DNA of 64,000 nt from Ignavibacteria bacterium (GTDB lineage: Bacteria > Elusimicrobiota > Endomicrobiia > PHAN01), in the NCBI GenBank assembly GCA_041694835.1, contig JBGFRZ010000032.1, positions 57 to 64,056 of the forward strand. The letters are read 5' to 3'. Within the stretch, counting starts at the first letter, position 1. The number at the start of each line of letters is the position of its first letter. Made by a program: the position numbers and the translations under genes. This document shows, one piece after another, positions 59,147-64,000 of this stretch. The notes under the pieces were generated by a model. The model searched no databases, had not been told where the DNA came from, and saw only the letters and a program-made list of their open reading frames with translations.

Positions 59147-59740
59147 AAGAATCTCTTTCGTCGAAGGGATTCGTCCCTTGAGCCTATTTTCGATTTTTAC
59201 CGCTTGAAACAGTGCCTTTCCGAATCCTTTGAATATCGACTCCGCTATATGGTGGTTGTTTTCGCCCGAGTATTGTTTTATGTGGAGGTTCATGCCCGAA
59301 GCGTTTGAAATCGCCCTGAAAAATTCCTTGAGCAGCGAGTAGTCGAAATCTGACGGACAGGAGGTTTTTTTGAATTTTACGTGGTACGATAAATAAGGCC
59401 TCCCCGACAAATCAACGGCCACGTAACTCAACGCCTCATCCATGGGCAACAAAAAATTGCCGTATCTCGAAATGCCTTTCTTTTTACCGAGAGCCAACTT
59501 TATCGTCTCGCCAAGAACTATACCCAGGTCTTCCACAAGGTGATGTCCGTCTATATGTGTATCGCCGAGCGCGCTGATTTTCAAATCCGTCAAAGAGTGC
59601 TTTGAAAAAAGCGAGAGCATGTGGTCCATAAAGGGCAACGGCGTATTTATCGCGGATTTTCCGCTTCCTTCAAGATTAAGCGATATCCTTATCTGCGTTT
59701 CAGCGGTGTTTCTTACAACAATCGCTTTCCTTTTTTTCAT
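59144..59740 (-). CDS. hisB: Imidazoleglycerol-phosphate dehydratase
   Basis: RNTAETQIRISLNL...DTHIDGHHLVEDLGIVLG...HHIAESIFKGFG motifs. Confidence 0.9.
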   Translation of the reverse strand: MKKRKAIVVRNTAETQIRISLNLEGSGKSAINTPLPFMDHMLSLFSKHSLTDLKISALGDTHIDGHHLVEDLGIVLGETIKLALGKKKGISRYGNFLLPMDEALSYVAVDLSGRPYLSYHVKFKKTSCPSDFDYSLLKEFFRAISNASGMNLHIKQYSGENNHHIAESIFKGFGKALFQAVKIENRLKGRIPSTKEIL

Positions 59741-59759
59741 ATTTTATCCGCTCCATTTT

Positions 59760-60956
59760 TCACGACGTTAAAATGCCGTCTATTTTATTATTGCGTCTTC
59801 TTATTTTTGCGGATTCGGAATGATAAACCAATCCTTCGGCGGCGGCAATCGCTTCAACCTGTTCTGGCCAAATACCAATAGATTTTTCACCGGCGAAAAC
59901 AAAGGTCGTTTTCTTTAAAAATGTATGCGCTGAAATCCCACTTGAAAACCTCGCTGTGGAGGCAGTCGGCAGAACATGAGAAGGTCCGGCGAAATAATCG
60001 CCAATCGCCGTCGGGGTGTGGTAGCCCGCAAAAACCGCCCCGGCGTTTTTTACATACGCAAAATATTTTCGGGGATTTTTCAAAAGCAGCTCAAGGTGTT
60101 CCGGGGCGAGAGTATTTGAAATTTTTATCGCCTCGGTGATGGCTACTTTTCTGATTTTGATTTGTTTTTTATATTTTCCCGGAATCATGTTTTTCACTTC
60201 ATCTATGATTTTCTTTGAATCGGTAAACAAAAACGCCCTGCTTGAGGGGTCGTGTTCGGTTTGTGCAAGAAGGTCATACGCTATAAACTCAGGAGGTGCG
60301 CCACCATCCGCTATAATGACAACCTCGCTGGGCCCGGCAAGCATGTCTATGCCAACCGTTCCGAAAAGCTGTCGCTTCGCTTCGGTGATGTATTTATTGC
60401 CAGGGCCAACTATCATGTCGACCTTTGGTATCATCTTCGTTCCAAAGGCGGCGGCAGCCACAGATTGCACACCGCCGACGGTATAAATTTCATCGACACC
60501 AGATATATCGGCGGCAACCAGTACCGATGGGCTTATGTTTTTCGGTGGTGTTAGCATTATGATTTTTTTAACGCCGGCGATGGATGCCGGTATGACCGTC
60601 ATAAGAACCGAGGATGGATACGAATATCTTGCACCGGGCGCATATACGGCGACCGACTCAACGGGACGAACATACTCTCCGCTTTCTATACCCGCCCGAG
60701 AAATGCTCCAACTTTTTTTTAGATGTTTCATCTGAAAGGTGTGGAATATCCTTATGTTCTCAGCAGCCTTTTTTAAAGCGAGATATAATTTTTTATCTAC
60801 TTTATTTTTTGCGTCTTTTATCTTTTCCAAACTGACTTTAAACTCAGATGGTTTTATGACGACACCGTCGAACTTCTTCGTGTAAAAACTGACGGCGACA
60901 TCGCCGTTTCTTTTGACTCTTTCTATTATTTTTCTCACTGAATTTTCAATTTTCAT
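59760..60956 (-). CDS. hisD: Histidinol dehydrogenase
   Basis: 398 aa; QTEHDP and GPSHVLPT motifs. Confidence 0.9.
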   Translation of the reverse strand: MKIENSVRKIIERVKRNGDVAVSFYTKKFDGVVIKPSEFKVSLEKIKDAKNKVDKKLYLALKKAAENIRIFHTFQMKHLKKSWSISRAGIESGEYVRPVESVAVYAPGARYSYPSSVLMTVIPASIAGVKKIIMLTPPKNISPSVLVAADISGVDEIYTVGGVQSVAAAAFGTKMIPKVDMIVGPGNKYITEAKRQLFGTVGIDMLAGPSEVVIIADGGAPPEFIAYDLLAQTEHDPSSRAFLFTDSKKIIDEVKNMIPGKYKKQIKIRKVAITEAIKISNTLAPEHLELLLKNPRKYFAYVKNAGAVFAGYHTPTAIGDYFAGPSHVLPTASTARFSSGISAHTFLKKTTFVFAGEKSIGIWPEQVEAIAAAEGLVYHSESAKIRRRNNKIDGILTS

Positions 60957-62235
60957 ATTTATGCCTTTTTATATCCGCCCCCAAACTAGAAAGTTTCTTT
61001 TCTAAGTTTTCATAACCCCTGTCGAGGTGATATATCCTCGAGATTTTTGTAACTCCCCTTGCGGCAAGACCGGCGAGCACAAGCGCCGCTCCCGCTCTCA
61101 AATCTGACACCATGACAGGCGCTCCCGAAAGTTTTTCGACGCCATTCACAAACACTTTGTTGCCCGCAACTTTCAAATCTGCACCCATCCTTCTAAGTTC
61201 AGCGACATGCAAAAACCTGTTCTCAAATATCGTCTCAGACATAACGGAGCGACCCTTGATGCTCGACATAAGAGCCATCCACTGAGCTTGTATGTCAGTC
61301 GGAAAACCGGGATAAACCGATGTGCTTATGTCTACCGGCTTCAATGGTCTCTGCCAGACGGCTGTTATTGTCGTGTTTTTTATTTCTATTTTCATGCCGG
61401 ATTCTTTCAGTTTTTCTATAACTGTCCTGCAATGCGAAGGGGCGGAGTTTTGAACGGCGATTTTTCCCTTCGTAATCGCAGCGGCTATGAGATATGTTGC
61501 CGTTTCTATTCTGTCCGGTATTATCCTGTGGGTTATACCGACGAGTTTTTTGACGCCTGTTATTTTTATACGATTTGTCCCGGCGCCAGATATTATCGCC
61601 CCCATGGAAACAAGCGCGTCACACAAATCTGTTATCTCCGGCTCCCTCGCAACGTTATCTATCACGCTTTCCCCTTCTGCCAGAGAGGCCGCCATAACCA
61701 GGTTTTCCGTCGCACCGACGCTCGGAAATTTTAAAGCAATTCTTCCACCACGCAAACGACGATGAGACGACATCTTAACATAGCCCGACTCCAGTTCTAT
61801 CTTCGCACCAAGTTTCGCAAAGCCGTCCAGATGTATGTCTATAGGTCTCACACCTATCGCACATCCTCCCGGTAAAGATATCTTTACCCTGCCGTATCTT
61901 GCCAGCAACGGCCCGGCCATAAGTATGCTAGCCCGCATCTTTCTTACAAGCTCGTAAGGAATTTCAGGCCTGGCTTCCGAAATCGTTTTTATATTATACT
62001 CAGAGCCTTTTGTGAAAATTTTCTTGCCGGAGAGTTCAAGAAGGATGGAAGACGTTTTTATATCTTCAAGATCAGGAACATTTTTAAATTCAACGTATTC
62101 GTCAGTGAGCAGCGAGCTGAAAAGAAGCGATAAAGCGGAATTTTTAGAGCCTGAAACTTTCATCGCACCTTTTAATTTTCTTCCACCCCTTACTATAAGG
62201 TAATCCATGTCATTAGGCGGCGGTTGCAACTGCAA
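60946..62235 (-). CDS. murA: UDP-N-acetylglucosamine 1-carboxyvinyltransferase
   Basis: 429 aa; EPT-family fold, active-site Cys in the ...GGCAIG... loop. Confidence 0.95.
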   Translation of the reverse strand: MQLQPPPNDMDYLIVRGGRKLKGAMKVSGSKNSALSLLFSSLLTDEYVEFKNVPDLEDIKTSSILLELSGKKIFTKGSEYNIKTISEARPEIPYELVRKMRASILMAGPLLARYGRVKISLPGGCAIGVRPIDIHLDGFAKLGAKIELESGYVKMSSHRRLRGGRIALKFPSVGATENLVMAASLAEGESVIDNVAREPEITDLCDALVSMGAIISGAGTNRIKITGVKKLVGITHRIIPDRIETATYLIAAAITKGKIAVQNSAPSHCRTVIEKLKESGMKIEIKNTTITAVWQRPLKPVDISTSVYPGFPTDIQAQWMALMSSIKGRSVMSETIFENRFLHVAELRRMGADLKVAGNKVFVNGVEKLSGAPVMVSDLRAGAALVLAGLAARGVTKISRIYHLDRGYENLEKKLSSLGADIKRHKYEN

Positions 62236-63088
62236 CTCTGTTGTTTCCGCCGAAATCCTTTACGATATTTATATTTTTGTATTCAAAAAACGAAAGTATG
62301 TTTTTCACATTCTCGGCCTGATTGTATCCGATTTCAAGAGCGAGAAAGCCGCCTTTTTTTAAAAAGAACTTCGACTCCGGGATTATTCTTCTGTAAAAAT
62401 CGAGCCCATCTTCCCCGCCGGAAAGGGCGAGGGGCGGCTCATAAAGTGACACTTCAGGCTGAAGCGTCTTTATGTGCTTTTCGGGTATATAGGGAGGATT
62501 TGAAACTATGACATCGAAAAAATTAAGAAATCTCTTGTTGTTCTCGAAAGGAGAAAAAATATCGCCTTTGTAAACCGCAAGCTTTGAGTAAACGGCATTC
62601 ACAACGGCGTTCTGACACGTAACCCTGAGAGCGTCTTCGCTGATATCAACGCAGTAAACCATAACATTTTCAGTATTTTTTGCTATGGCTATCGATATAT
62701 TCCCGCATCCACAACCCAGATCCAGTATCTTTAAATTTCGAGAGGACTCGCTTGAAGCAACTGCTTTCAGTACTTCGTCCACAAGGATTTCCGTCTCTCG
62801 TCGCGGAATAAGACAGCCCTCGTTTAAGTTGAGCCTCAGTCCGTAAAAATCGGCAAAACCCGTAATGTAGGAAAACGGCAGACGTTTTGCCCGCTTCATC
62901 AAAGCAACTCTGTATAAATCGATTTTGTCCTCGGAAACCACCTTGTCCCTCATGAGATAAAGTTCAGACCTCTCCATCTCAAGAGCCCAACCCAAAAGAT
63001 TCTCTGTTTCTACAACGGCATCGTCTACACCGTGTTTCCTGAGATACTCCTCGCTCAAGTTCAAAAGTTCACCTATTGTTTTTTTCAT
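62213..63088 (-). CDS. prmC: Release factor glutamine N5-methyltransferase
   Basis: VSNPPY motif, SAM-binding LDLGCGCG. Confidence 0.85.
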   Translation of the reverse strand: MKKTIGELLNLSEEYLRKHGVDDAVVETENLLGWALEMERSELYLMRDKVVSEDKIDLYRVALMKRAKRLPFSYITGFADFYGLRLNLNEGCLIPRRETEILVDEVLKAVASSESSRNLKILDLGCGCGNISIAIAKNTENVMVYCVDISEDALRVTCQNAVVNAVYSKLAVYKGDIFSPFENNKRFLNFFDVIVSNPPYIPEKHIKTLQPEVSLYEPPLALSGGEDGLDFYRRIIPESKFFLKKGGFLALEIGYNQAENVKNILSFFEYKNINIVKDFGGNNRVAVATAA

Positions 63089-64000
63089 ACCACAAGAGCC
63101 TGTAGTTTCTCCTTCTGAGATTCATCTACCAGGGCGCAGAGCAACTCGTCGATGTAGCCCTCCATCGCCTTCGGTAGATTGTAGACGCTGTAATTTATCC
63201 TGTGATCCGTGATGCGATTCTGCGGATAGTTGTATGTTCGTATCTTTTCTGATCTGTCGCCGGTGCCAATCTGTTTTTTTCTTAAGTTTGCTATCGCGCT
63301 TTGTCTCTCCTCCTTCGCTCTGTCCAGAAGCTTCGCTTTCAGGAGCTTCATCGCCTTGACCCTATTTTTTATCTGCGACCTTTCTTCCTGGCAGGCAACA
63401 ACTATGCCCGAAGGAAAATGTGTGATTCTTACCGCCGAGTCCGTCTTGTTGACATGCTGACCGCCGGCGCCCGAAGATCTGTAGGTATCTATCCTTAAAT
63501 CCTTCTCGTCTATCTCGACCTCTACATCCGCCGCCTCGACAAGCACAGCCACGCTGACGGTGGATGTGTGTATCCTTCCTGACGCCTCCGTTATCGGAAC
63601 CCTCTGAACTCTGTGAACCCCGCTTTCAAACTGGAAGTGTTTCCATGCATCTTTTCCCCTAACCATAAAGACTACCTCTTTGAATCCTTCAAGGTCAGTG
63701 GGGCTTGAGCTCATAACATCCGTGTCTAGATTCTTCATAGACGCAAACCTACTGTACATCTTGAACAGATCTGCAACGAAGATGGCCGCCTCATGTCCTC
63801 CGGCGCCGGCTCTGACTTCCACAATTATGTTTTTCCCATCGTTTTCATCACGCGGGAGCAGGGAAACTATTATTTCGTTTTCTATCTTCGAGAGTTCTTT
63901 TTCCATCCTTATATTTTCTTCCACTATGAGCTCTTTCATCTGCGGGTCTTTTTCCCCGTAAAGCAATTCAAGGTTCTTCTCCTTCTCGCTCGCTATTTTT
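63085..64000 (-). CDS. prfA: Peptide chain release factor 1, 5' end truncated by the window edge
   Basis: GGQHVNKT motif; RF1-type domain order; reading frame stays open to position 64000. Confidence 0.9.
   Translation of the reverse strand, partial: KIASEKEKNLELLYGEKDPQMKELIVEENIRMEKELSKIENEIIVSLLPRDENDGKNIIVEVRAGAGGHEAAIFVADLFKMYSRFASMKNLDTDVMSSSPTDLEGFKEVVFMVRGKDAWKHFQFESGVHRVQRVPITEASGRIHTSTVSVAVLVEAADVEVEIDEKDLRIDTYRSSGAGGQHVNKTDSAVRITHFPSGIVVACQEERSQIKNRVKAMKLLKAKLLDRAKEERQSAIANLRKKQIGTGDRSEKIRTYNYPQNRITDHRINYSVYNLPKAMEGYIDELLCALVDESQKEKLQALVV

Noticed and set aside
191-64000. Numerous plus-strand ORFs (e.g. 8140-8709, 26216-26902, 28502-29038, 52376-53050, 61207-61734)
   Set aside because: They lie antisense within well-supported minus-strand genes and have low-complexity or Ser/Phe/Leu-rich compositions typical of shadow ORFs.

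Overview
The window is a bacterial chromosomal segment of about 45% GC in which every confidently called gene lies on the minus strand. Most genes are housekeeping. Reading 3'->5' along the window on the minus strand they are:
- a sugar-nucleotide block: sugar-phosphate isomerase, a hypothetical protein, a Crp/Fnr regulator, a DUF502 membrane protein, phosphomannomutase, and a fused nucleotidyltransferase/phosphomutase;
- an aconitase-family protein, nnrD and acpS;
- glmS, pdxJ, glmM and cdaA;
- folP, folE, ftsH, hpt and tilS;
- a tRNA with anticodon CAT;
- an envelope cluster: three predicted outer-membrane beta-barrel proteins, a FecR-domain protein, a 1471-aa tail-anchored coiled-coil protein, and a 1681-aa FG-GAP/Fn3 protein with a T9SS type-B (CHU_C-like) C-terminal sorting domain;
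- an AddB-like nuclease gene overlapping a PriA-like gene;
- a SpoIID/LytB-domain protein, a DUF2905 membrane protein and queH;
- ruvB, ruvA, ruvC and yebC;
- two paralogous O-antigen-ligase/TPR membrane proteins;
- trpE, trpG and trpD;
- hisD, hisB, hisH, hisA, hisF and hisI;
- murA, prmC and prfA, the last cut by the window edge.
The T9SS-type sorting domain suggests a diderm of an FCB-like or candidate lineage. The non-coding DNA and several gene termini carry at least three repeat families that gene-level annotation does not explain.
(1) A modular low-complexity dyad family. One arm is purine-rich, built from units such as AGAGGATAGAG, CAGAGGTCAGAGG, GCACAAGAGCACAAG and GAATAGCGAATAG, and the other arm is the pyrimidine-rich complement. 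There are at least eight copies or fragments. One is inserted in-frame inside hisF, adding about 91 low-complexity residues to an otherwise full-length HisF.
(2) An imperfect-palindrome element of about 190 bp with roughly 24-bp terminal inverted repeats that start TATAATGAG. It is present in three near-identical copies plus one terminal remnant, resembling ERIC or Correia elements in layout.
(3) A conserved leader cassette of about 75 nt found immediately 5' of cdaA, the SpoIID-like gene and queH. It carries a Shine-Dalgarno-like AGGG and a 10-codon uORF beginning MNK. In two copies the uORF stop overlaps the GTG start of the main gene as GTGA.
Other points of note: a 272-bp element bounded by perfect 29-bp inverted repeats fills the glmS leader and is not a recognisable glmS ribozyme; the tRNA(CAT) next to tilS is flanked by tRNA-half fragments and an inverted-repeat pair; the PriA-like protein has degenerate Walker A/B and arginine-finger motifs and overlaps the AddB-like nuclease, which also lacks a Walker A; and the envelope gene cluster is uncharacterised.
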